Source of the DNA: Azolla caroliniana
Lineage: Eukaryota > Plantae > Polypodiophyta
Direction of reading: 5' to 3'
Length of the DNA stretch: 64,000 bases
Assembly (NCBI GenBank): GCA_043228905.1
Contig: JBHGNT010000008.1
Location: forward strand, 4,898,001 to 4,962,000
Position numbers and translations under genes: made by a program. A model generated the notes under the pieces. The model was given only the letters and a program-made list of their open reading frames with translations, searched no databases and was not told the DNA's origin. Below, in pieces: positions 1 to 12,420 of this stretch (positions are counted from its first letter, which is position 1; every line of letters begins with the position of its first letter).

Positions 1-761
1 GCTTCTTTGCCGGTTCAAGATAGCTATGTCTTTTTCATTTGATTGTAGCTTTCTGCGTCGCTGATCATTAGCTCGGATATTAGAGAATCCGTTTATTTAT
101 TGTTATCCCAGAACCTTCTATTTTCATCGTAGATTTCTTCCTCACTAATCCCACGCCTTTCTGAAGCTTCATTATCCCATAGATTTGTGGAGCATCACTA
201 ACCAGAGTTCTTCCAATCTTCCTACAGTATGGTAGATATGTATGTTTTCACCATAACCTTTTGAATCTTCACTGATGCTTCGCTCATTTCATTCTTGCTA
301 TTTGGTGAATCGTTTCGTTTTGACATAGCATTTTGCAAAAAAGCCATATCTTTGTGCGTCATTTGCTATAGCTCTCTATTACGCCCTTCAATTTCTTTCT
401 GCTTCAGTAACTATAGCGTTTGTCTCATTAACCCTCGCGTTCTGCTTCACTGGCCATAGCTTTCTCCTCATCAATAATAGCTGTTCCGACCTTCCTTTTA
501 GTCGTATCGTTTTGTCTCCATAGCTTTTCCGGCTCAACCACGTCTCTCACTATCAAATTTGTGGTTCACCAACCATAGCCAGTTTATTCCATTATTTTCT
601 GTTTCTGCTGTCTTAGTGTTGCCGAGACAAGATTTTCTCCGTAACCATCGTATCATCTAATCGGTTTAGTTATCTTGCTTTATGCTGTTTCCTGCCTATA
701 TTATCGAATCATTTAATCGTAGCCATTAATATCATCTCGTCGGTTTCGTATGTATTCACAG

Positions 762-924
762 ATGCAAGCGTTTCTGCATGGCTGGAGCACATCCGTTAGT
801 TCTTGCAAACGTTTCTTTATCTGCTCTTGCTGTCACAGCGAGGAAATGGTCCGATGGATCACACAGGTTTCTGAAACAATGCTCTTATTCGGGAAACGCG
901 GAAGCAGCATATACTCTAGGAATG
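762..924 (+). CDS. Internal coding exon of F-box/Sel1-repeat/MYND zinc-finger protein (At1g67340/At5g50450-like)
   Basis: AG acceptor at 760-761 and GT donor at 925-926. Reads CKRFCMAGAHPLVLANVSLSALAVTARKWSDGSHRFLKQCSYSGNAEAAYTLGM, matching the family's post-F-box segment. The F-box exon lies upstream of the window. Confidence 0.88.
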
Positions 925-1193
925 GTGAGAATCGATGGAAAAACTGATTTTCTGTGTTAAATTTCACAACTCTATTTTCCCCTGCGGTTTCGTCTATTCT
1001 TGTATATCTGTTCATGTTAGGCTTTTGTCATCTCATTTATGTAACCTGACCTTAGCCTTCCTTTCTGCAACCTAACCTTCATTTTTTGCAACCTGAACTT
1101 AGCCGCCGTTTTTAATGGTTTCTTAGTATCTTGATATGATTCATTCTTCATGATCTGGTAACAGCCTGTCTCCTTTTATCATTTCCATGGCAG

Positions 1194-2261
1194 ATCCGCT
1201 TCTACTGTTTCAACGAGAGAGAAACAGGAACGTCGCTGATGGCACAAGCCGCCGTAGCTCCACATGCATCAGCGTTGCACTCTCTTGCCATCATTCAGTT
1301 CAATGGGAGCGGAGGATCAAGGAAGGAGAAGAATCTAAAGAATGGAGCTTCTCTCTGTGCAAAGGCTGCAGCTCTCTCACACGTGGATGCCATGAGAGAA
1401 CTTGGTCACTGTCTGCAAGATGGCTATGGTGTCACAAAGAACGTTTCAGAAGGAAGAAGACTCCTGTTAGAAGCTAATGCTAGAGAAGCAGCAGCTGCTG
1501 TGGCTTCTTCACCTCGAGCTTTTGTAGAGACAGCTCTTCAGTTTGCTCAATCAACGATTGGAAGATGTATTCATAATCAGATACAGTATAGATCAGCGAT
1601 CATTGGTAAGCTTGAAGCCGTTTCAGCTATGGCGGCAGAAGCAAGAAGGCAAGAAGCTGAAGAAAGGAGAAGAGTGACCGAAGCAAGAGTAAGTGAAGCT
1701 ATTAGAGGAGGTACCCAAAGCTTAGCAGCGACAGCAGTGTCTTTGGAATCTGAAGCTTTATTATCCAGAGCTTCCTCATCTCCTAATTCTGCTCTGTCAT
1801 TATTATCTCTTAACTCTCTTCATCATCCTGTATATAGGCTTCTTCAAGGAAGTGGCTGCTCGCTTCTTAGTGATTTTGGTTGTAATGTTCCTCCACCGAA
1901 GCTTCACGTTGCAAACAAGTTCTTAGTTGAATGGTTTGCTGAGAAACCTCCATTTGGAGGTCTGAGATTGTGCTCCCATGGAAACTGTGGGAGACCTGAG
2001 ACAAGACGACATGAGTTTCGTAGATGTTCTGCTTGTGGAAAAGTGAACTATTGCTCGAGAGCTTGTCAAGCTTTGGATTGGAAACTCAGGCATAAACTTG
2101 AGTGTAGTCCTGTTGCAGATTGGGAAGAAAGAGAAGATGCGGAAGAAGAGGATGAAAATGATGAAGAGGAAAATGGTGAAAATGTTAATGATGATAATGG
2201 AGGTATTATTCATATGCATCATCACCATCACCATAACCATCATCATAATCATCACACTTGA
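1194..2261 (+). CDS. Terminal coding exon of F-box/Sel1/MYND protein
   Basis: CAG acceptor at 1191-1193, in frame with ORF 1239..2261. Contains IRFYC, IQFNGSGG, ELGHCLQDGYGV, LLSDFG and the MYND finger CSHGNCGRPETRRHEFRRCSACGKVNYCSRACQALDWKLRHKLEC, then an acidic and poly-His tail. Confidence 0.93.
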   Translation: MRFYCFNERETGTSLMAQAAVAPHASALHSLAIIQFNGSGGSRKEKNLKNGASLCAKAAALSHVDAMRELGHCLQDGYGVTKNVSEGRRLLLEANAREAAAAVASSPRAFVETALQFAQSTIGRCIHNQIQYRSAIIGKLEAVSAMAAEARRQEAEERRRVTEARVSEAIRGGTQSLAATAVSLESEALLSRASSSPNSALSLLSLNSLHHPVYRLLQGSGCSLLSDFGCNVPPPKLHVANKFLVEWFAEKPPFGGLRLCSHGNCGRPETRRHEFRRCSACGKVNYCSRACQALDWKLRHKLECSPVADWEEREDAEEEDENDEEENGENVNDDNGGIIHMHHHHHHNHHHNHHT

Positions 2262-3136
2262 AATTCTTTTCTGAGTCCATCAAAATTGAGGACAGGGAAG
2301 AAAAGCAGCTATGGACTTGCTTTGGGGGTAAATATTTGTCCCCAGTGTTCATGGAAGGGAGCTTTTGATCATCATTACTGCAATGGTAAAATCGTAATGC
2401 TGAGCTTACATGGAAATATTTTTAAGCATCTCCACAACTGCACTAATTTGAATCCCAAGCATTCAGCTTTCATGAAAACCTTTAATCTTATTTATGTGCG
2501 GATGGTATTTTTGAAAATTTCAAGCTTTCATGGAATCTTGGAATCTCGTTGAGTAAGAGAAGTAAATAAAAACCAACGGAAAAAACCTTGCGTGATTAAT
2601 TCTTTCGCATAATACAAAATGAAACCTTCCTGATGCTTCATAATATTTTAAATACTTATGCCAATCTTGATCAATCCATTAGCCTGTTAATGAGAGGCAA
2701 CAAGTATATAATAGGGCCCTCTTTTATAGCGAATCAATTTTGGAAGCTTCATATTAATGCAAAATATTATCTTCCACTTGAGTAGGGCGTTAGGGCGTTG
2801 TGCTACTCAGTAGCAAATTTATACAAATCAATTACACATACCGTTATTCTGTAGATGGTTGAACTTTACGAAAAGAAAGCTTCAATTTGCTGCCATCAGG
2901 TAGCCTTTTATTATTGCTGTTTATGCTGCCATTCCTTGTGTTTTGCTACTCTATTTCTTGCACGGCTACATATGTTATTTTTATACCTGTGTGTCTGACA
3001 GCTGAGGGATGTTTATAGTTGGTGCCTAAACCCATACACTTGTATGATTAACATATCGGAAAGAAATTTCATGAGATTTGTATGGCCTATCAGCTATGAT
3101 TTAGTGTAAACAAGAAAAGCTACATTTCATCTCTCT

Positions 3137-3236
3137 TCACGACAGTATTTGTAATGGAAAGTCCTTTTGATATATGAAAATTTGTTTATTCATGACAGTA
3201 TTTGTAATGGAAAGTCCTTTTGATATATGAAAATTT
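3137..3236. repeat. ~53-bp direct tandem duplication
   Basis: GACAGTATTTGTAATGGAAAGTCCTTTTGATATATGAAAATTT occurs twice in tandem. Confidence 0.85.
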
Positions 3237-4002
3237 CTTTATATTTATTGCAGACAGTAGGAACTCCACTCCACGCACAGAGACACCTGATGAGTTCTCA
3301 CTCATGATGAAGCGGTCACGGCGATCCGTTTCATCTTTATTAGTTACCAGAATGAATGTGTGTGCACTGTGCAATCATCATCATGTCGCCCGGTTGAATG
3401 AACTTTAACTGAAGCTATGCTTCCATTTGCCATGGGCTGTTTGTTTGGTTTCGCCCCTTTCTGTTTCTTTTTTCGTTGCTGCTGATTGAAGCCCTAAAAA
3501 CTCTTTGTTTGCTTGCTTCAGCGAGCCTCTCCTTTCCTTGATTCTTCGTCTCTCTCGATTAGACCACTTTGTTTTTGTTGTGGGGATAATGGATTATATA
3601 ATATATAGTTGATTACTCACTCCCATGACCTCCACTCGAAATACACATTTGCAGGAACTGTATGGAAAGAAGCCATGTTGAAGATCCATGAATTATATAT
3701 ATATACACCTATATTTCATGATCCTCCATCTTTTATGGCCATTTTTAACCCACCAATAGAGAATCTGATAAGCGGCCTTTCTTACTCTCATGGTTGAACT
3801 TTCAACAACTTTGATTTTTTGTTCATAGACCTTTGGTACGTAGAGAGCTTCCTTTTTTACCTTGGCCTTTTTTTTTTCTTTTTCTTGATAGAGGATCCAA
3901 AAGTTTATTCACTTGTCCTTGTGGCTCGCTCTCAAGGACACCTTTTATTTTCTTTACTGATGTTGCCAATTGTTTATATATCTATGCGAACACTTGAATG
4001 AG

Positions 4003-4330
4003 TTCATTGGAATTGCGCATTCCATGGATCTTATACAGATAATGAATCGGACATGATAATTGTGGAATGCATCTTATACACATGATGAATTGGACATGAT
4101 AACGGCGACTCATTCATTGGAATTGCGCATTCCATGGATCTTATACAGATGATGAATTGGACATGATAATTGTGGAATGCATCTTATACACATGATGAAT
4201 TGGACATGATAATGGTGACTCATTCATTGGAATTGCACATTCCATGGATTTTATAGAGATGAAGAATTGGACATGATAATTGTGGAATGCATCTTATACA
4301 CATGATGAATTGGACATGATAATCGTGATG
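4003..4330. repeat. 110-bp minisatellite, 3 copies, with internal sub-repeat
   Basis: Units start at 4003, 4113 and 4223 (TTCATTGGAATTGC...). Each contains ATCTTATACA-ATGATGAATTGGACATGATAA-like sequence twice. Confidence 0.9.
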
Positions 4331-6164
4331 AGAATTCCAAGTAGAATATGTATAGGCCATTGTTAAGTTTATCATTGAACTATGTGTAAAAATGCTCTTA
4401 TTTGTCCTAGATTTCCTTTTGTAGTTGATCAAAGTCATTTTTTAAATTTATATTGCTCTTTAATTTCTGTTATTTCTTTCTTTAAAATGTTTGTACACCT
4501 CTCCTTCATATTTTTCTCAAGAGATTCTTTTCACAAACACTTATTAATCAAATTGATACATGAGGCCTTTTTGTTTGTTTGGCATATTACATGTTACAAC
4601 AATAGTCCTTGAAGTTTGGATTTAATATTTGAATATTAGAGAAATTTGTTGGGCTAGGGATCTTACATTGTGCTCGATACAACCAAAGAAGAGAAAGATT
4701 GGCTGTAAACCACCGCCACCACCTATGGTTGTTTATAAAAACCTAACCCATTTTAGAATAGGATGTTATCCTTTATTTTGGGAAGGCATTGTCTTGCTTA
4801 CTCATTCATTGTTACCGTTGTAAAATATCAAATAGTAACATTGTAGGTCTTGAATTATCCAATCAGATGGTTTTGGAAGTTGCGATGGCTATAATATTTG
4901 AAGAGCGCTCACATTAATTAATGATATAGGTAACCAATCATGTGATCTTGTGGTGAAAACTTAGGTTCCATGAAAAAGTGTGCTCTTTTTTACTTGAGCA
5001 TTTTATGGCAAATCAAGACTTCAATCATAGTAGCAAGGAAGTAGAATGAGGAACTAATTATGAGTGTTGAAATATTGAACGGAAGAATGCTGAAAACCCA
5101 ATGGTTAGATTGAAGTAAAAGCAAAATGTATTGTTTCCATCATCCATGTACGAACAACGAAGGGGAAGGCTCTACAACCCAAACAAAGAAGGTACATTTC
5201 CAAAGTGCAAATCTACACTAAAACATAAGATATCTCTCATCATGCTTTGTGAGGGAGAATAAACTAAGCAAATGGGAAGCCCAAAGGATGGAGTAGGAAT
5301 GATGATATATTAAAAAGCACTTCTCCCTCAAATATAATGAAACATGGAGTGAGAACCTAGACGGTCTAACCTTAAGGTTTGGTTCTTGATAGTGCGAATG
5401 CTTAATTGGGATTTCGCTAACCTGAGTGCAATACAATGTAACTCATCAAGTGAATTTGTGTATTTCTCGTGTGATGGAACTTCAATCTACATTTTGTAAT
5501 CAAGAGAGAATAGTAGCGTGTGAGTTATATAGATGGATAATTGGAACACTATGTGTTATGGACACTCTTGTATGGATGAAGGAAGTGTTAGCTAACAAAC
5601 ATGAAAGCTTCATGCCAAAATAATGGCAAATTAAAACTTCAATCACAAAACTAAAGAGATAGACATAAAAAGGTGACGGAAGATAAGAGAAGACTAGGCA
5701 CAATGAATTTTAGAAGTATTTAAAAAGGGGGAATGCTTTTTTAGATTCCACGAAAAGTTTGAAGGAGGGGTAGAACCTAATTAGTTAACGTTTAATTCCT
5801 TTTCGGCTCTTTCTTTTTAGTGCCAAAGGCCTTCTAGAATTATCCAAAGAATATGATTTCAGTTTGCATACGTGCATTGACAATGCCGTAGTAGTTGCGT
5901 AGTAGTTGCTTGTGCCCCCTTAATTGACCACATAACGACTTTGAAATTGGTGCGTATGCTTTTGGGTGTAATACATCACGATTTAAGTAGTTTACACAAA
6001 TGGAACACCCAAGCCCATTACCAAAGTGTTCCATGACGGGGAGAAAATACCTAAACCCAAATCTTGATCGTTTTACCTGATTGTGTGAAGCGAATTTCTA
6101 AATGCTTTACATGAAGGGCAATCTCCCAAATAGTTTCCCCAAACAGGGTACATGAACACACCAC

Positions 6165-6300
6165 ACAAAGACTTTTCCCAAAACCATAAAGTGAAGGCTT
6201 TTCTCGAAACCCATCATGCGGAGGCTTTTCTCGAAACCCATCATGTGAAGGCTTTTCCCAAAACCCAACTCGTGAAGGCTTTTCTTGAAGCCTTTCACGA
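6165..6300. repeat. Degenerate ~27-bp tandem repeat
   Basis: AGGCTTTTCTCGAAACCCATCATG-like unit, about 4-5 copies. Confidence 0.7.
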
Positions 6301-7166
6301 AGTTTTTACATGAAGGTCCTAAAAAAAGGGGGATCACAATATTGTCACAAGGGAGACATCTTACGGGGACATGTTTAAATTTAGGCCCACTCCCACTATG
6401 GAAAATGAGGATAAACAACAACAAATTGGAAACAGGCCAATAGAGCAAAATAAGACATACGGAGGCTAATTGACATCAATAACTTAAATAGAGGTCAACA
6501 TCCTTTGTGCACATGCTTGTACATAAAAACATAGCACAAGACCCCATTACCTTAGAGCGTGATTGACTAGATAAGGAACTAAAGGACATAGAAAAACAAA
6601 TAGAACCCTAGTTGGACTAACACTTCAAGGGTGGAAGTATGATGTGTAACAACAATCTTAGCAGCGCGTAAGAGAGCATATGACGTGCTATTGAAAAGAT
6701 TGGCCCTAATTGATAGTGCATCGAAAGGACAAAGCCAAGTCCACCCCCAGATAGGGAAGATTCATATACACTAATTTAGGTAGCTCTTTATGAACCCGTC
6801 TCCAGGGAGTATAATCAGAGGATAACTTTGACAAGAGTAATAGAGAACAAAATAGGTGCGAATCACACAAATTGATATGGAGCTCTCTATAACTCTAAAA
6901 TCTATACAAACACTAGTACCCCTAATGGAGAGAGAGAAACAAAGGGTCGTCCCCACCCTAAAACCAATGAAAAATAGTGGTAAAAGTGCCAAAATTAGTA
7001 AATTGGTTTCGTAGTTTCAGGGTACCGAGACACCCATGATTATGTAGAGTATTTTGAAAAAATTGTACGAGCTTACAAACCAATTACAAATGTCACAAGG
7101 GCCATCACTTTCAGGTTCACCCTCAATGACAAAAGATAGAATTTGGTTGCGAGCTCTCCTAGATAA

Positions 7167-7676
7167 TGATAAGAATAGCGCGGAATATTGCTCGGCCACA
7201 ACCGAGTCTTGAATCACAGAAATGGGAATGAAACACAGAAATGGGAAGTAGAGTGAGTACACAGGATGTTTACGTGGAAAACCCTAAATAGGAAAAAAAA
7301 ACTACGGGAGCCCACAAAATCCAAACTATCACTATATAAGAAAGGTACAAACAGAGACTTAGAGGCAACGACCTCGAGCTCTATATCTTCGCCAACTGGC
7401 GGTTACAACAGAGTATAGCTCTATATCTCTCTCTCCCTTTATAATAGTTATGCACATACAACAATATGACAACAACTCACATCTAAAATGATTGCCCTAA
7501 GTCATATTTATACTTATATGAACTTAAGGCTATTTACAAATATAGCCTCAATAGGCTTACTCAAAACATATTTACAAATATCTCTTCACTTCCGGTTCTC
7601 ACCGGGTCCATCCGATCCGGTTTCCGAATCTCTTCATTCATAACCGGATCCCATCAGAGGGACCGATTTCCCAACA
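7167..7676 (-). repeat. Copia A 3' LTR
   Basis: TG...CA termini; aligns to 11748-12039 and 32185-32422; adjacent PPT. Confidence 0.9.
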
Positions 7677-7679
7677 ATC

Positions 7680-10600
7680 TCCCCCTTCACTTCGGCATGG
7701 GATGTCTTGTCAGCCCGATCTGTTTTCAGCACACATCCAGCTTGTCGGTCATCAACACCTTGGTCAACATATCCGACCCGTTCTCCTCCGTGAGGATCTT
7801 CGTCAGCATGAACTCTTGATTTTCTACTCTCTCCCGGATCTAGTGGTACCTCCGTTGGATATGTTTCGTCCAAGAATGGTAGGCTGCGTTCTTTGCAAGG
7901 TAGATGGCACTTTGATTGTCGCAGTAGAGCCGATATTCCTCCTGTTGGATCCCTAGCTCTCTGATGAAGTTCTTCATCCAGATTATCTCCTTGCCGGCTT
8001 CCACAACTGCCATGTACTCTACCTCCGTGGTTGACAACGCAACCGTCTTTTGCAGCCTCAATTGCCATGATACAACTCCCCCTGCATAAGTCATGACATA
8101 TCCGGATGTAGACCGGGCTGGTATCCGCATCAGCCGACTTATCCGAATCGGTGAATCCGTCAAGTTGGGGCTTACCGGAGCCGAACCGGAGGCACATACT
8201 CGAGGTGCCTTTCAAGTACCGGAGTATCCACTTGACTGTGTTCCAGTGCTCTTTGCCGGGATTGCTCATGAACCGGCTCACCGCTCCGATTGCATATCCG
8301 ATATCCGGCCGGGTAAATACCATCGCGTACATCAAGCTCCCGACGGTAGAGGCATGTGGTATCTTTATCATATCCGTCTTCTCCGCCTTTGTCCTCGGGC
8401 TTTGTTTTCCACATAGCTTGCAGTTTGCCGGAAGTGTCGATCCAATCGGTTTTGCCTCCGACATGTTGAACCTTTGGAGTACCTTTGTCATGTACTTTTC
8501 CTATGACAACCACAACAGCTTCTTCGACCAGTCCCGGATGATATGCATTCCCAATATCTGTCTTGTTGGCTCCAAGTCTTTCATTTAGAAGGTCCGGTTC
8601 AGAACCTTCTTTAGCATCCGTATCTTGACTTGGTCTCGTCTGACGATCAACATAGCTTCCACATGTCAAATTTCTTCACAAACACGCAGTGATCGGCTTG
8701 CGTTTTGTGGTACCTTTGGTCGGTCATGAAGGAGTCGAACTTCCGGTACCATTGCCAGGGGGCTTGCTTCCGTCCGTATAGGCTCTTCTTTAGCCGGCAC
8801 ACGAGGTGCTCCTTCCCTTTCTTCTCAAATCCTTCTGGTTGATGCATGTAGATTTCTTCGTCGAGGTCGCCATGTAGGAATGTCGTCTTGACGTCCAGTT
8901 GCTGTACCTCGAGGTCCATGCTTGCCGCTATGCCCAATACCGTCCGGATGGATGTCATCTTTACTACCGGGGCAAAGATCTCATCGAAATCCACTCCTTT
9001 GATCTGCTGGAACCCCTTAACCATGATCCCGGCTTTGTATCTCGGCGGGTTTCCGATATCTCCCGGTTTCAGCTTGTACACCCACTTGTTTCGGAGTGCC
9101 CTCTTTCCTTTTGGCAACTCCGTCAGTTCATACATGTGGTTCTCATGCAAGGAATCCATCTCATCCTGCATGGCACTTAACCACTTGCGGTTGTGGGTGT
9201 CTCTCTTTGCTTCTTCGAAGCTTTCTAGCTCCCCCTCATCGATTAGCAACACATGCTCTGCATCCGGAAATCTCTAGGGAGCTCTTCTCTGTCTAAGAGG
9301 ATATCTCCGTCCTTGGTTTCTGACTACTGGTTCCTCCATCTGTTCCTCATCCTCATCCGATTCGGGATCTTGTCCAGTTCCGGTGTCTTCTTCTTCTTCG
9401 GTCGGTTCGGTTTCTTGCCGTATCTGGCCGGTTCGTCAAGTGTCATCCGGTTATCGGCTAATATCCGGTTTTCAACCGGGTATATCCTTGTGTCCTCAAG
9501 GTGGTTTTCATTGGATGATCCGGAGTTCATCACCTTCTTCTTCGACTCCTAGTTGGCAATGGTCCTGTCTTCCATGAAGGCTATGTCGCGACTCCGGAAC
9601 ACCTTCTTGTCGACCAGATCGCACACCTGGTAACCGAACTCATTGTCGCCGTATCCAAGGAATATGTATGGCCTGGACTTCGGATCCAACTTTGCTCTCT
9701 TATCCTTTGCAACATGCACATATGCGAGACACCCAAACAACTTCAGATGCCGGTAAGACACATCCTTGCCGGTCCATATTCTTGTAGTGTGTCTCCTTCC
9801 GAGGGTACTGAGAGTGATTTGTTTATCACATAGGTCACCGTCATCAGCGCCTCAACCCAAAACGTCTTGGGTAACTTTGCATGTGCTAGCATGCTCCGAA
9901 CTCTCTCCATCATGATCCAGTTCATCTGTTCTGCCAACCCGTTCAATTCCAGCGTCTTAGGCACGGTAAATTCTAGCCGGATTCCCTTCGACCGACAATA
10001 CTCCTCGAACTGCCCTTGGTATTCTCCTCCGTTGTCCGCTCGAACCGCCTTCAGCTTCCAACTAGTTTCTCTTTCCACTCTTGCGTGGAGCTCCTTGAAG
10101 ACGGATAACACTTGAACCTTTGTCTTCAGTGGTGAGACCCATAGCTTCTGGCTATGGTCATCTATGAACGTCACGAAGTACTTTGATCGGGCATGTGACT
10201 TCGTGTCCACTTGACACACATCGGTATGCACCAGCTCCAGTGGTGCATTCTGTCTCATTAGTGGTCTTGATAGAAAGGAGGTCTGGTTTTGCTTGCCGGC
10301 CAAGCAATCAGTGCACTTCTCAAGTTGCATGTCCTTCACCGGAATGAGATTGTCTTCGACAAGTCTCTTCATCCCCTTCTGGCTCATATGACACATTCTC
10401 TTGTGCCACAACTCACCGGCAATGTCAGATGCTACGTTCACGCCTTCCCAACATATTCGGGCATTCATCAAGTACAATGTGTTGACCTTCCGGGCTCGAG
10501 CTAGTATTAGGCTCCCTTTGCTGAACTTCATGACTCTGTTCCAGATGCTACCCGTGTAGCCTTCATCATCTAGTTGACCGACTGATATCAGGATCAGTCA

Positions 10601-11720
10601 AACCTCCGGAACATGTCAGACATTCTTCAACAACAACTTGCATCCGGTTGATGTCATCAACAACACATCTCCTATGCCGATGATTCAACATGTACCTTCA
10701 TTCCCCATCCGGACACAAACATGATCACCGGTTGTGTAGGATGAGAAACATTTCCGGTCTGGTGTTAGGTGGAACGATGCTCCGGAATTGACAACCCACG
10801 TTGTCTCCTCGCCGACAAGGTTTACCTCATTCTCCTCGGTAATAAGCACCAGTTCTTCTTCACTTGTTGCGATTGCCGACGTTCCTTTTCGATCCGGGCC
10901 TTCCGGTCCGAACCGTTTCGGTTCGAACTCTTCTTCGAATCGGTAGTGCCGGTTTCTTTCTCTTTTTGGAAATGCCGACAGTTCTTTTGGAAGTGTCCCG
11001 GCTTCCCGCAATAGAAGCATGTAGGCCTCCTCCTTGACTTCGACCTCGTCCCCGATTTGTCCCAGTTTTGGGGACTCCGATACCGGCCTCTTCCCCTGTT
11101 GTGGTCATCTTCTGTAACCAAGGCCTTCGGATCAGTTCCGGACTCCAGGTCCTTCTGGCGAGCTTCTTCATCTAGCAAGCTTGACTTTACCCTTGCTAGG
11201 GACAACTATTTTCCTTCCGGCCCGGCGTTGCCCAACGTGACAACTAACGTCTCCTAGCTATTTGGGAGGGAACCGAGCAGGAGCAATGTGACTACCTCAT
11301 CGGCAAGAGGTACTTCCAACGAGGTTGCTTGATGTATTAGCCCTTGCAAGGAATTCATGTGCTCCGCCATACTGGAGCCGTCTTGGTACCAGAGCCTCAC
11401 TAGCTTCCAGAATACCGAAAGCCAATTAACGGCATTCTTGTTCTTGAACATGATGCCGATCTTCTCCCAGAGTTCATGAGCCTTGCCCTCTTCATTGAAG
11501 TTGTTGTACAAGCTCATGTAGATGAAGCACCGGATGTATGCTGTCGTCTTCATGTGCATCACCTCCCACACTATGGCGTCCATTTAATCCGGTTTCTTGT
11601 CCCCGAACTGAACCGACAACCTCAGATCTTTAACCACCAGCATATCCCTCATCTTCGACTTCCACACTGAGTAGTTGGAGCCGGTGAGCTTGAACATGCC
11701 GCCAAACGATTCTTCGATTT
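7680..11720 (-). pseudogene. Copia A gag-pol, disrupted by stops and frameshifts
   Basis: KLTGSNYSVW (gag), CFYCGKPGHFQKNC (zinc knuckle), WVVNSGASFH (protease), LWHKRMCH and VHTDVC (integrase), QLDVKTTFLHG (RT), YCDNQSAI (RNase H). Confidence 0.93.
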
Positions 11721-11747
11721 TTTGTGTTGTTCGCTTTAATACTAGAT

Positions 11748-12039
11748 TGAGAAGAATAGTGCGAAATATTGCTCGGCCACAACCAAGTCTTGAATCACAA
11801 CAATGGGAATGAAACATAGAAATGGGAAGTAGAGAGTACACAAAATATTTACGTGGAAAACCCTAATAGGGAAAAACCACGGGAGCCCACGGACTCCAAC
11901 TATCACTATATGAGAGGAAATACAAAGAGGAGACACAGAGGCAACGACCTCGTGCTCGCGATCTTCGCCAGAAGGTGGTTACACAGAAGTGCTCGTAGCT
12001 ACTCTCTCGCTCTCTCTCACTCTCTGTCTGTACAGTACT
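11748..12039 (-). repeat. Copia A 5' LTR, U5/R part (left of hAT insertion)
   Basis: Homologous to 7167-7450; breaks off at the hAT TIR. Confidence 0.85.
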
Positions 12040-12247
12040 TAGGGATCGGCAATGGCTCGGATCAAGCCTAAACCGTTTGGCTTAACCGGCTTAGAGGCTC
12101 GGCTTGGCTCGGTTTAGGCTTGAACTTGCCTTAATGGTTTGAGCTCGGCTCGGCTTGTCTTGAGCCTCGCCAAACCGGCTCAAGCAGGCTAAGCCGTTTA
12201 AGTTGTTTAGAAACTTTAGAGAGAGAGGGAGGGAGACAACAGACAAG

Positions 12248-12278
<31 letters not shown>

Positions 12279-12420
12279 TGAGGGAGACTAAACAGAAGAT
12301 GGGAGAGAGAGAGTGAGTGAGGGAGAACTACATAGATGAGGAAATAGATAGATAGATAGATAGATTATATTATCGTCTTCGGAGGTCAAATATGACCTAT
12401 GAGACCAAAAATATTACATT

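Noticed and set aside
3254-3412. Possible C/D snoRNA, hammerhead or extra exon (ATGATGA...CTGA; TTGCAG acceptor)
   Set aside because: No convincing terminal stem, recognisable rRNA guide or GAAA core; the peptide has no recognisable homology.
4400-7160. Small ORFs and possible TE remnants
   Set aside because: AT-rich, with no termini, TSDs or protein motifs I can support.
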